A DNA stretch of 64,000 nt from Octopus vulgaris (Eukaryota): NCBI GenBank assembly GCA_951406725.2, contig OX597816.1, forward strand, positions 178,870,001 to 178,934,000, given 5' to 3'. The position numbers were made by a program, and so were the translations under genes. Shown piece after piece: positions 50,350 through 62,880 of the stretch (position 1 is its first letter; each line of letters opens with the position of its first letter). A model generated the notes under the pieces. It ran no database searches. It worked only from the letters and a program-made list of their open reading frames with translations, and had not been told where the DNA came from.

Positions 50350-53300
50350 GAGTGCATTCAGTAATCCAAAAAGGAGAAAAAGAGCCAGTTCAGTGTTGAA
50401 GAGAATTCATATTTTTGTCGTAGAAATGATCAGCTGAAAAGGAAAAGAAAATATCAATACAAAATCAATATTTATTTTGATATTAACAAATGAAGTATGG
50501 CTGTATGGTTGGCGGAATTTGAACTCAGAACGTAGCGGCAGACGAAATACTGCTAAGCATTTCGCCCGTATATTTTGATAATACTAAAATTCTAGAGATG
50601 TTTGTGTGTACCTGAAATATCTAAGAAATAGTATATTTCATCTTAATTTTTTTTTGCATATTTATTTTCATACCTTCAGTAGTGCAGTACAAATTTTTGT
50701 GATATTTGGGACTATTTATTAAGGAAAACGATTAAACACAATTTTTGTTTGTTTATTTCTTGACAAAAAAAAAAAAACATCACTGTTGTGATGTCAACAC
50801 ACATATATAATGAATGTTACGGCATGTCTATCAATACAAACACACAGCTGTTATCTGTGACGTATACACACATATAGTCTTTGCACTCTCTAAGAAAAAA
50901 AAACTTTGACTTTTTGACGCACACAATATTTTAATCATTAGAAATATTTTAACTGAATGTGATTTCAAAAACGTAAGTTGTTTGTACATCATCATCATCA
51001 TCATCATCGTTTAGCGTCCGCTTTCCATGCTAGCATGGGTTGGACGGTTCTACTGGGGTCTGTGAAGCCAGAAGGCTTCATCAGGCCCAGTCAGATCTGG
51101 CAGTGTTTCTACAGCTGGATGCCCTTCCTAACGCCAACCACTCTGAGAGTGTAGTGGGTGCTTTTTACATGCCACCCGCACATAAAATGAAAAAAGGAAT
51201 ATTCACAGTAAGTATTTATATTTTAGTTCTCCTTAAACAGACAATCTTTTAATGCTTTTTTAAAACTATTTTCAAGTGCATGGCAATCTTTTGCTTATCA
51301 TCCTGAGTTCGTTAATTTCAGTAAAAAAATTTTATTTACTTTTGTTTTAAAGAGAAAGAGAGGAGAAAGTGAAAGATGTATGTAATGTATATGTGTGAGT
51401 GTGAAAGAGAGAGAGAGTGAAGGGGTGTGTCGTCACGTATACGTACATATATCTACTACATATGTAGGAAATTCTATCTGTGGGTGTGTTTGTGGAGTTG
51501 TTAGCTAACTCTTACAACGTTTTATCGATTTTGGTGAAACTTGACACGCGAGTAGAACTCATGTTTGGAAACCTCATGACATACTCAGATTGTTGAAAAA
51601 AAAATCAATACTAGGGCCCCTGGAAAGGATCCTTATATATATCTAATATATTTCACTTTAACAGCCATAACCCATTCATTTTCCTAAATCATTTGGTATA
51701 AATCAAATTGAATATGCTTATTTCTTTGTATTTGAACTGTTAGAGTTATTGTCACAATTTATCCAGTACAACCCTTAAACAAGTAAATAGTATTTTCCTA
51801 AACAATAGGTCCACTTATTTCGGTTAGTGACTTATTCATGAAAAATACCAACACTAGCGCTGCTGAGGGCAATATTCTCTGGGAATGCACAAAAGCTCTT
51901 TTCAGAGTTATTTACTTTGAATTGTTATTATCTCATATCTGATTAGCCTGTTATTATATAACATGCTTTACGATTTTAGTATACATACCTTACTAGTATT
52001 TCCTCCTATGTTCTATATACTCGGGGAACACATTAAAGCCCTTTTCGGGGATACTTTATTTGAATTCTTACTATCAGGTAAGTAATTCCATGTTATTACA
52101 TGACTTCACAATTTGGGTATTCATAACTTTATTTTTTGAAATTTTCAGAAAACTTTTACAAATTTGTATTCTATTAACAAGAATTCATACAATTATGCAA
52201 AAACCATAACAGAATTTTTCAGTGTGTGATTTAAGGCTTCTATAGCTGTTATTTTTAGCACATCTTACAACTACTTTATTTCTTGTGTTAAGCATTTAAT
52301 GCAAAAAAAAAGAGTATAGAAATGAAATATTTATCAAAATATCAAACTTATCAAAATATTTATCAAACAACAAACTATAATCCAGTTCGAAACATGTGGT
52401 TTAGCATAAAATATTAGTTTATAAACACACGTTTTTTGTAATGCCTGACTTGTTACTATGGAAACAGGCACCTATATGCCTGTAGTTTTCAATTGACCAA
52501 AATTACCCAAAATTTCCAAACTTTAAAAGCTATTAACTACTTATTTATTGATTTATGGTGAAAATGAATTTCATGTCAATAATTACCATACAAAAAGTAC
52601 ATCAACATACCAAATATGAAATCAATTGGAACAAAATTGAAGAAATTGAAAAGTAGCAGCCAAACAGAAAAGATTCAACACTTGCCCAAGTGGGACTGAA
52701 CCTGGAACTACATGGTTAGAAAGCAAACTTCTTACTACACAGCCACGCCTATACCTATTTATGCACACACACAAACATGTCTACAAAAAGAACATTAAAG
52801 CTAAAAAGTACCGACAAATATAATATTCCCAACTACACCAAGAGGTTTGGTTTGGAATTTGTCAATAAAATTTGAAGCTAATTACAAACACTCCAGATGC
52901 CACCAGTAGCTCTAAATAGATTGGTACAGGTAGATAAAAGCAAAGAGAGCTGGAGTAAGGAAGGGTTTCTTCTTTTCTTTACTTGATTGATAGTTGGCAA
53001 ATATAATTAATTAAATGGTAGAAAATAGAAATGCATGGTGATGGTAGTGGGTCTCTAAATATAATCAATAGTGTTTTTTCTAAATCTAACAGATTGGTGA
53101 TTTATAAACGAGTCAGTAAAACTGCAATTTCCTACTACATTGAACAGCTGACTGAGCATGAAATGCAATCACAGCCATTTCAAGATCATAAATTAATTAA
53201 TGGCAAACTGATTGTAGTTACCTAGAAATTTTTTTTTTAAATACAAATTTAGAGACATTATTATTATTAGATTTTAGGGTCTTCATTCAATGTGAAATCC

Positions 53301-53999
53301 TAACACAAATTGGATTGGGAGAGAGATTTCTTACCTGACAAGTACCCAGGTGTCAGATAGGAGAATGGCCTCCAGATATAGGAGTTTATGGCAAATATGA
53401 AAATAAGCCTTAATGAACCTCTTATGAAGTGCTCTTTATCAAGGAATATCATTGCAGGAGCATACCCAAAACAAAGTACTCCAAGAAGAGAATGGAGTGA
53501 ATGATGTAACTGCCAAGTACTGAAAACACAAAAGGTTCCAAATAATAGGTGGACAGGTGCATGGAAGAGGGAACAATTTGAGCTCAAATGGCAATGAAGG
53601 ATGCAATCTAGGAAAGAATGGAAACCCATTGTGCCCAGTGATGCAGAGGGATATCTGATAGTCTGGTCATTAAAAAGAAATATATTCTTTCATTCAAGTT
53701 ATTAGACTGCTGTCATGTTGGGGCACCACATTCAACAGTTCAGTTGAGTATAACTGTGGCCATGCTGGGACATCATCTTAAAGGGTTTCAGTCAAATGAA
53801 ACAACTCTAGTACTTATCTTTTTTTTTAAAGCCTTGCACTTATTCTATCAGTTTCTTTGTTGAACTGCTAAGCTATGTGGATGAAAACAAACCAACACCA
53901 GTTGTCAAGCAGTGGTGGGAGCAAACACAAACACATGTACATATATAATGTAGTAGGCAGGGTAAAATCCCAGCTGTTTCCTCTTGAAGTGCATCTACT

Positions 54000-54900
54000 T
54001 ATTACAATCCAATATGTAGTTTGCGTAGTTGCTGTCTAGGTGCAAAAATACATATTAAAGTTGAAAATTCTGGAAATATTATTTGCAGAGATATTGCATA
54101 AGAAAACAGGATGTCTCAAATTATAAATTCAAATATAAAAGGCATTTCACATCGTATTTCTAAAATTTCAGCTTTTTTCCAGTCATACTAACTACTATGA
54201 TTTAGTTCTTTCTAGAGCTGGATATAAAGATAAACTAGAGTATACAAATAATATAAATGATAAGCATGTGTTTGTGGGCACTACAAATAACAAACCACTC
54301 AATAAACTAAAAAAACAGTTTCATTAACATAGAATGTCAAAAAATTTATAAATCTAAAACTAAACAAAATAACAATGACCAAACCCATAAATCAAATAAT
54401 AAGGACCACAGTAATAAACTTAATAACAATAAATATAATTTTAATAATTACTACAACACTACTAATAAGTATATAATTAACAGAGATAATAAATGTAATT
54501 TTTGAATAAATATGTCTTTAAATAATGTCTTATGGAAAACAATTTATAAATGCTCCCTCCATACTCATCACAAAACATACCAATATATCGGTGCTACATC
54601 TACAAAATTTAAATTACTGTATTACAATCCCATTTCTTCATTCAAACATAAATCTTTTATTTGGGAGTTAAAAAATAAAAATATAAAATATGCACTATCT
54701 TGGTTAATTGTTACAAATGTTACTCCCTATAAAACGGGAAATAAATTTTGTAAATTTGTTTAATACAAAGTATAGAAATATTAAACTGTAAAAACCATAT
54801 TAACAAGCACAAAGAATCACTTAACCGATACTTTCATAAAAAATTTAGCACATTTCAAAATTTCTCAAAATTGTTACTAACCTTACTAACTAACAGATAT
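54000..54900 (+). mobile_element. Penelope-like retroelement relic (RT C-terminus and GIY-YIG endonuclease)
   Basis: KGISHRISKIS...YYDLVLSRAGYKDKLEY, then TIYKC...YIGATSTKFK...SSF...IWELK...W.I...PY...FC (ORF 54512-54763), matching the PLE GIY-YIG domain. Boundaries approximate. Confidence 0.75.
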
Positions 54901-56028
54901 TATCAATGTTGATTTCAAATTTTGGCACAAAGCCAGCAATTTTGAAGAGGGGATAAGTCGATTACATCACCCCCAGTGTTCAACTGGTACGCCAAAGGGA
55001 TGAAAGACCTGATCCAACAGTTTGATAATTCTGTAATCATTTCTGCCTAAGGTGTCACCTTCGTTTAGTAGCAGTTGACTATAGTGTTGCTACACCAGTC
55101 ATTGGGTATGACTCCCTCATGGACTACCACCTGATTGACTATACAGGTGATGAGACCATAACCCACACCACCAGATATTTTAAGCACATGGGTCAGGGGC
55201 TTTCTCTGTCTTTATATCCTTCATGGCTTTATCTACCAAGCTATTGTCTATTCAGATGTTCAAATTTACAGAAAATAAAAGTCGAAGACAGGTGAGGGAA
55301 CAACAAGCAGGTGTATTAGTTTGTCGCTTGAGAAGAATGGAAAAGTCTTTGACATTTTGAGCCTACACTCTTTGACTGAAAACAAATGGAGAGAGAACAA
55401 AAAAAACAAACCAGAGAGAGGGAAAAATATGTGGGGATTAATAGTTCATACTTGTATATATATGTTTGTAAAGATTTACATATATAACCTTGTTTATATC
55501 CATCTAATTCTGTACATGTGTAGGATTTTTATTATACATAGCCATTATATGTATGTGTGTGTATATCTATGTATTTATGACTTCTTTTTTGTAATAGTAA
55601 ATTTGCTCTTCCTTCCTTCACTCCAACTATCTACACTGCTCTTGGTTACTAACTAAATATGTTTCAGCCAAATGTACAATATTTGTGTTATTTAATTTCT
55701 CTGTCTGAAGAACTTCATGCAGGACATTCCTTACATATCTAACAAGTAAAACTCTGTAATTCCTATTAGCAAATGAAACATATGTAATGGTGAATACATA
55801 AAACCAATAAATTTTCCAGCTTCCTATTTTGTTATATATGTATGTATGTATGTAGGTGCAGGGGTGGTTGTGTGTTAAGAATCTTACTTCCTAACCACAT
55901 GGTTCCAGGTTCAGTCCTACTGCATGGCACCTTGGGCAAGTGTCTTCTACTATAGCCTCAGGCCAACCAAAGCCTTGTGAGTGGATTTGGTAGACAGAAA
56001 CTGGAAAAAGCCTGTCATATATATATAT

Positions 56029-56254
56029 ATTTCTTTACTACCCACAAGGGGCTAAACACAGAGGGGATAAACAAGGACAGACAAACGGATTAAGTCGATT
56101 ACATCGACCCCAGTGCATAACTGGTACTTAATTTATCGACCCCGAAAGGATGAAAGGCAAAGTCGACCTCGGCGGAATTTGAACTCAGAACGTAACGGCA
56201 GACGAAATACGGCTACGCATTTCGCCCGGCGTGCTAACATTTCTGCCAGCTCGC
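56029..56254 (-). mobile_element. Young tRNA-SINE (Meta-domain-like centre) nested in the (TA)n of another SINE
   Basis: Head GCGAGCTGGCAGAAATGTTAGCAC ... GAGTTCAAATTCC, centre CCTTTCATCCTTTCGGGGTCGATAAATTAAGTACCAG, tail TCTGTCCTTGTTTATCCCCTCTGTGTTTAGCCCC...TAAAGAAAT. Confidence 0.88.
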
Positions 56255-56489
56255 ATATATATATGTGTGTGTGTGTGTGTCCACCATCTCTTGGCAACCA
56301 ATGTTGGTGTCATTATGTCCCCATAACTTAGCAGTTCGGCAAAAGAGATCAATAGAAATAAGTACTATGCTTACAAAGATTAAGTCCTGGGGTTGATTTG
56401 TTTGACTAAAGGCAGTGCTCCAGTATGGCCACTGTCAAATAACTGAAACAAGTAAAAAACAAAAACAATATATGTATATATATATATAT

Positions 56490-57710
56490 TCCATATAAAC
56501 CCATATAAATTGCACACCTGTGCAATTTACACACGTGATTTTCAGGGTAAAATTTGTTAAAAAAAGCTTCAACTCATGTAAAATTCGCACCCCAAAATTT
56601 TCATAATTGCTAATATAGCCAGGGGTAAAAGGTTTCCAATTTAGTTGTATTTAGCATAATTTCACTTACTTATGATTAGATTTTATTAAATTTTCATTAA
56701 ATAAAAATAATTTCTGTTTAACAGGTATCAACGTTGAAAGCTATTATATTACAAAGTGTTTGTGTTGTTTATAATAAACTTCTGCCCAAAAGAGATTATG
56801 TCCGATCTTTAGCATACGATCACAGGAAAAGTAGTTGATAAGAATTACCAACAAAACCAAAGCTGATAAATACGCACAGGTGTTGCAAATTAAGTTTAAT
56901 TACCATTAAACATCAGCCTGGTTGACACTTTACACAACCGACAAAGGAAGGTGACCGATCAGATTGATTATGTAACTGAATTCTTTTCCGCCCATTCTTG
57001 TCGGAACCTTTGATATGGAGTATTGAAATTTTAATCCCTTTCACACTTATAAAATGTCAAGCAAACTTTAAAATTTGTCATTACCATTATTGTCAGTATG
57101 GACGGAACTTATGAATAGTTTACTGCAAAGGAGATATTAAATATGTTGAATATGTATTTGAACGGTGGCAATAGAGCCAATGTCCAAAATTGGCGTAAAC
57201 AGTACGACAAACTTAAAACTGTGCCTAGTAATAATCAGACAAAAATAAAAACATACAATCAAGATTATCCATATCTTTACATTTTTTTCAGTCGGGAATA
57301 TCCAAATTATTACGTATATCAATAGTGCTCCATTGTGATACTCCATTGTGATACTCCAAGCAATGTAGAATATGGCCTGGACTGTGTTTACCAGCTTGAA
57401 CATCAGACTTCAAAAACTAGTCAACCATTTAATGGTTTTAGTAAATTTATACAGAAACAGTAAGCATTATACCATCCAGCATAAATAAAAGTCAACTTCA
57501 TATTTAAGCCATTATTTTTTTCTGTAAAAACCTATTCTGACATTAAATGAGTCAACTTTTGGTGTGAATGTTTACGTTTTGTATGTCTTTTCGCAACAAA
57601 AAAAAATAAATAATTCTGGAAGCAATCTACTCAGGTAATTTATGCACCCAATAAAGTTTATTTTTAATTTTAAGAAAAAAGTGCATAAATTTCATGGGTT
57701 TTTACACACA
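56490..57710. mobile_element. Probable non-autonomous pogo/TcMar-like DNA element
   Basis: Imperfect inverted termini ATAAACCCATATAAATTGCAC and GTGCATAAATTTCATGGGTTTTTAC. No transposase motifs recognised. Confidence 0.45.
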
Positions 57711-59101
57711 TACCCAATACGCTCCTTTCAGTTTCCATCCACCAAATCTATCCACAAGGCTTTGTTTGCCCAAAGCTATAGCAGAAGACACTTGTCACAC
57801 ACAGACGGACTGAACCCGTGGTTGGGAAGCAATCTTCTTACCACTTTGGCTGGTTTGGTACTTACTCAATTGATGTGTAGGTCAAACCACCATTTCATCA
57901 TATATCAACATAACCAGTTTTAAGTGGCAGAATCATAAACTCACATATATTTACTCTCAGCATTAGTTGATGACACTTGCCCTGGGTACTATTCAGTAGG
58001 ATTGAATCCAACTGCTGTAATCATCTGAGAGCTGATCTAGCACAAGACACACATTGTATGCCCACCCCGCTTCTGGCTACCTCCCTGCTTCTTCCTCTGG
58101 AATCACTTCTGTTCCTCATTATCATCCCGGTTCATACTATTTTTACCAATCACCTTTTTGCTATGCCTTCAGCCACTGCTCTCTTCTTTCTGCTATACTC
58201 CTTTCTTAACACCTCTCTTACTGGCTTTCTTCCTCAATGCTCTTTCGTATTGTCGTGGCGGACCAAGTGAGAGGTGGGTTGTACCACTACTGATAAATAG
58301 TGGACAAACACAGCAAGCAGTGTCAGTCAGTGAGGTACGCTGTTCAGGCCAGTCACGTCCTTTCATCATCATAATGTGGGACATATCCATGGCAAAGAGG
58401 ATCCGGAGCTCACACAGTGGGAAAATGTTAAAAATCCCATGGTAGGATTTGAACTTCACATAGTGGAACGTAATATACAAACAGCGAAAAGCAGTGGGAA
58501 AATGTTAAAAATCCTGAGGTGGGATTTGAACTTTACACAATGAAAAGTAATATACACACAGTGAAAAATATATAAAAAAAGATTCTGAAGAAAAAAATTA
58601 TAAAATTGGAACTCTAACATAGAACTGAACTACACACAGTGAAAAATAATATAAGTTCATTCAAAGGACTTGAGTCAGGTTGCTATATGTAGTAGCACTA
58701 CCAGTAAATAATGTAGACTGCAACTACCTGCAGCATTGTGAAGAAAAAAAATATGGTTCTGTGAGGAACAAAAAACAAATAATAAGTCCGTGCAAACAAT
58801 TTAAGTCAGGTCAGGTCACTATGTGTAGTAGCGTTACTAATAAATAATGTAGACTGGTACTACCTGCAGCATTTTGAAGAAAAAAATATGGTTCTATGTG
58901 GAACAAAAATATAATTCTGTGTGAAACAAGAAAAAAATCTAAGAGAAAAATAATTCTGGTTAGAAGAAAAAGAAATGAAAATATATATATAATGTTGTGT
59001 TGAGAGAAAAAATTTCAAAGTGGGGAGGTATTGTGGCGGACACCCCCAAGTGAGAGGTGGGCTGTTCCACTACTGACAGACACAGCAAGCAGTGTCAGTC
59101 A

Positions 59102-61367
59102 CTGACTCAATTTTTGGGTTGTGACAGTGTTTTTTGAAATCTTTACGATTCTGTTGAAGTAAGTGTGATATTGTTATAATTGTTAAAGGTCTCCCCTCAT
59201 GGTTGTACTACGTTAGTTACTTGTTGAAATTACTGTTTTAATAATGAGTTTTTGCTGAATTGTTTTTTTTATTCCCATTTATGGGAGAGCTAGAGAGAAG
59301 TGAAATGGAAACTTGACCAGAAAATAGCCACATCATCATCATTGTTCGACCGTGGTCGAGACAATGGAATTTACTATGCTACGCCAGACTTCACGGTCCA
59401 TCATAGCATTACGGAGGTCCTGTTGCTGGATGCCTGTATCTCTGGAGATTACATCAGGGTAGGAGAGTGTGCGCCCTCTGGTATCACGAGTAGATGGCTT
59501 CCAGAGGAGAAGAGTAAAAGTTGCCTTGTTTTCAGCTCTACAACAATGTCCAGCAAACTGGACTCTCCTACCTTTCACAAGAGATGATACAGGTGGTAGT
59601 TTTCCATATATTTGTATTTTGGTTGGATGACGCTTCCACGAGACATTTTGAGCTCTCATAAGGAGGTGAGTGTAAGTTCCATCCAACCACTCCTCAAGCT
59701 TCTTTGATAACGTCAAGGTTTCTGAGCCATATAGTAGAATTGGTTCAGCCACAGTTATGCGGCTGAAATTGGCAGAGGAATAGTAGAAGCTTTGGAGGTT
59801 TGAGAAGTTAAAAATGAACCCAGAAAGCTGAAAGAAAGTAGCAAGCTATTAGAAAAGGCCACAGCCTTAAACTGACGCCCCCCAGGTTGACTTAACAAAT
59901 GGAGTTTAAAAAACAAACAGTGATATACAAAACACTGAAGGTATCGACAAGGAAAATCGATATAGCTATGATAGAAGACATTGAGAAGTGTTTAAAAGAG
60001 GTCAAAAGGTCACCACATTTATAACAAAAGGAAGAAGATATGGCACAGTGGAGGTGCGATTCATAAGCTAAGAAGAAGCAATAAAGCACTCCACTGATGC
60101 CATAAAGATAGAAGAGTGAGTGCTCCTACCAATATACTGTGGCAAGCGAGTTATCAGAGTAAGGGTGGGAAAAGTGCCACCAGAATTGGATGAAACATGG
60201 TTGGTTGCTGCAGTAATGTACAACATGGAGGAGGATGCGAAAATCCTGAGAGTTACGAGAACAAAAAGAGTGAATTTTGGGGGATACAGAATCAAGATGG
60301 CAGTCCAGTCAACTGTGAGTGACATGAATAAGATTCCAGAAGAAATATTACCTGAAGATATGAGATTGAGATGGTGGTGGAGAGCAGGTCTCCCATATGC
60401 TACTTGTGTGGTGAGAAAGGCCACATGAAGGCAAGGTGCCCCTAGAGAGAAGAGAAAGAGCAACAAATAGAACATGCTGAGGAACAGGAGAAAGTGAACT
60501 ATGTGGTCCAGGAAGATGAGGAGACAACAGGAATAGAGGAGGAATTTGAAGTGGTGAAAAAATGAAAAAGGAAAGAAAGAATTGGCTCTCTGCCAGAGAG
60601 ACAGAAAAAGAGGTGGAGAAGGAAGTCGTAAAAGTGGTTGAAAAGGAGGTCGAGAAAGAGGTAGAAAAGGAGGTTAAGAAGGTCATGGAGGAGGAGGAGA
60701 GAGAAGCAAGCATACTAGAGAACCTTTTTGGACAGCAAAGAGAAGAAACAGTGACACTAACCAGAATAGAGGAGGTGGTGCCAAGAGTGGAACATGATAA
60801 ACAAGCAAGAAGACAAAGAAAATATAGCTGGAATTTCGTGACATATGCTAAAAGTATATATACTGAAAGAGTGATAACCAAGCTTAAATCTGTTATAAGG
60901 GTTAGGTTGCCCAAGGAGATGTACAGTATAAATGTAAAAGCTATTCTAATCGATAAAGAAAAATATAAAAAGTTGAAGGAAAAGTGTGAAATCAAGCAGC
61001 CGGGATTCGTGGTGGAGTCCGACAAACCACCGCTAGTAGAACTAAGTGAACTAGATACTTACATCCGATATTAAATAAAAAGAGTAAAATGGCTTTAAAA
61101 AAAAAGAAAACAAGAGTAAACAAAATGATGCTAATAGTGAAAAAATAAGGAAAGAAAGAAAAAGATTACAAACTGAAAGTAAGACCATTCAAATGGTAGG
61201 GGTGCAATGTGAGTGGGGCCCATGCAGCCATTTCATCACCATTGATTTCATTGTACATTTTCCCATTTTCCATTCATTTTTATGTTTTTTGTCCCCACTG
61301 TGGTGTTCTGTCTGTCCTTGTGCTGTCCCCTCTGTGTCATGGCCTAGGTGCCAAATAAAAAGAATTA
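59102..61367 (+). mobile_element. ORF1/Gag-only non-LTR element 1 (L1/Tx1 ORF1-like, CCHC knuckle), decayed
   Basis: Frames read GTVEVRF...LLPIYCGKRVIRVRVGKVPPELDETWLVAAV...IPEEILPEDMRLR, then CYLCGEKGHMKARC (60398-60439), EKEV repeats and a stop at 61074. 3' tail TGTCCTTG..TGTCCCCTCTGTGT..GCCAAATAAAAAGAA. No RT or endonuclease. Confidence 0.75.
59333..59746 (-). mobile_element. 5'-truncated RTE-X-like LINE nested in element 1
   Basis: ORF EPILLYGSET...RRVQFAGHCCR...MMDREVWR, (ATG)n tail and 7-bp TSD AGCCACA at 59326-59332 and 59747-59753. Confidence 0.88.
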
Positions 61368-61373
61368 CAGTCA

Positions 61374-62880
61374 CCAAGCTACACCTTTGAGTTGTGAATG
61401 GTTATTTATTGTTTGATGTTGTTCTGTTTGGGACTACCTCGTGTTTAAAACTGGTCAGTGTCTTTCGGCACATTGCTCGCCTGAACAAGCTTAGTTCTCC
61501 TGTTGTAACCCTGTTAGGGGTGAATTGTTTGCATTTTTTGTGGGAATTGTGTCTGCACAAAATGACTAGTGATTTGTATGAAGTGCTGGAGCTACTGAAG
61601 AGTGTCGACTCAGAGTACAAAGTGACTCAGAAGAAAGTGTGGAAGATTATGCAGCAGTGGTCAGTAAAAAGCAAAGAAGACACAACATCAGGCCAGAGGC
61701 CATGGAAAAATTTCAACCAATTCTGCGGAGAGAGGGAGCAAACATGAGATTAACTCCCCTCACAAGGAAGCCACACAGGAAACAGAAAAAAGAACAATAA
61801 TTCATAGAACACTATCTCTTAAAGCAAAGAAAATAGAGGTAGCATCTACCGAAGAAACTGGAAAGGCCCTAAAGCCAACGTGGCATTCATGAAAAGAAAG
61901 AAATTCAGTACTGTGGAGGTATAATCCATGTCAGAATACGACACTAGGGATGATTCCATGATCATCCTGCAGACAAAGGAGCTGGCTCTTTTACCGTCAT
62001 ACCTTGGTAAAAGAACCACAAAAATTGCAATAGGTTATCCACCTGAAATTAGATCGGTGTGGCTTCTGGCAGCTGTTTGCTCCAATATCAAGGAGGTGAC
62101 ACTGCTGGAGTTCAAGGAGAAAAAGTGCAGAACTGGTGTGGTGGGAGTCTTTCAGTGACACTTCAAGCCACACCAGCAGAACTGGAGGAAATTCCAGAAT
62201 TTATAATTCTGCCAGATGAGACAAAACTGAGAGTCTCAATACAGGGCAGAATCCCAAGATGTTTCGAGTACAGACTAAAGGGGCACATAAGGAAACCGTG
62301 CTCACAAGCCCTTCAAACCTGAAGCACAAGGAAAAAGACAAGATGAACCAAGGGAACAGCAAGAGAAGCTGAATGAGGAGGCTCCAGGTGAAGAGGAAGA
62401 GAAGACAACGGAGAGGGAGAATTGCATGCCAGAGGAAGTTGGACCGTCCACAACTACCAAGGTAAGTGAAGAGGAATGGTCAGTTGCAGGGAGGACAAAT
62501 GAAAAAAAAAGTTCTCCTTCTCTTCCTTCAACAAACACAAAAAGCTTAAAAACGAATGCACAAGAACAGATACAATCGCAGACAATAGACATTACAAACA
62601 CAGACAGTAAAGAGGAAAAAGAAACTCCAAAAAAGTACACTGAATATACAACACAAGCAACACACAGCAAGGACAAACAGACAAAAATAGAACAACTCTT
62701 CAAAACTCTTTCTAAAAATGTTCAATGATGTTATCTAGAGTGTGGGGTTTTGAGTTGATGTTGTTCCACCTTTTCATTTACCATTCTTTTCATTTGATTT
62801 GATGTTTCCCTACTTTATTATTTTATCTGTCCTTGTTTGTCCCGTCTATGTTAGGCCCTGAATGGCCAAATAAAGAAATA
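61374..62880 (+). mobile_element. ORF1/Gag-only non-LTR element 2, a divergent paralogue of element 1
   Basis: Reads STVEV...LLPSYLGKRTTKIAIG.PPEIRSVWLLAAV...IPEFIILPDETKLRV...CFEYRLKGHIRKPC (knuckle with C>Y), stop at 62728. Tail TCTGTCCTTGTTTGTCCCGTCTATGTTAGGCCC..GCCAAATAAAGAAAT. Confidence 0.75.

Noticed and set aside
51455-51640. Possible Helitron 5' fragment
   Set aside because: No matching 3' hairpin and CTAG end was found, so evidence is insufficient.
60562-61074. 170-aa Glu/Lys-rich ORF as an independent host gene
   Set aside because: It is the C-terminal part of the decayed Gag-like ORF of element 1 and has no splice structure of its own.
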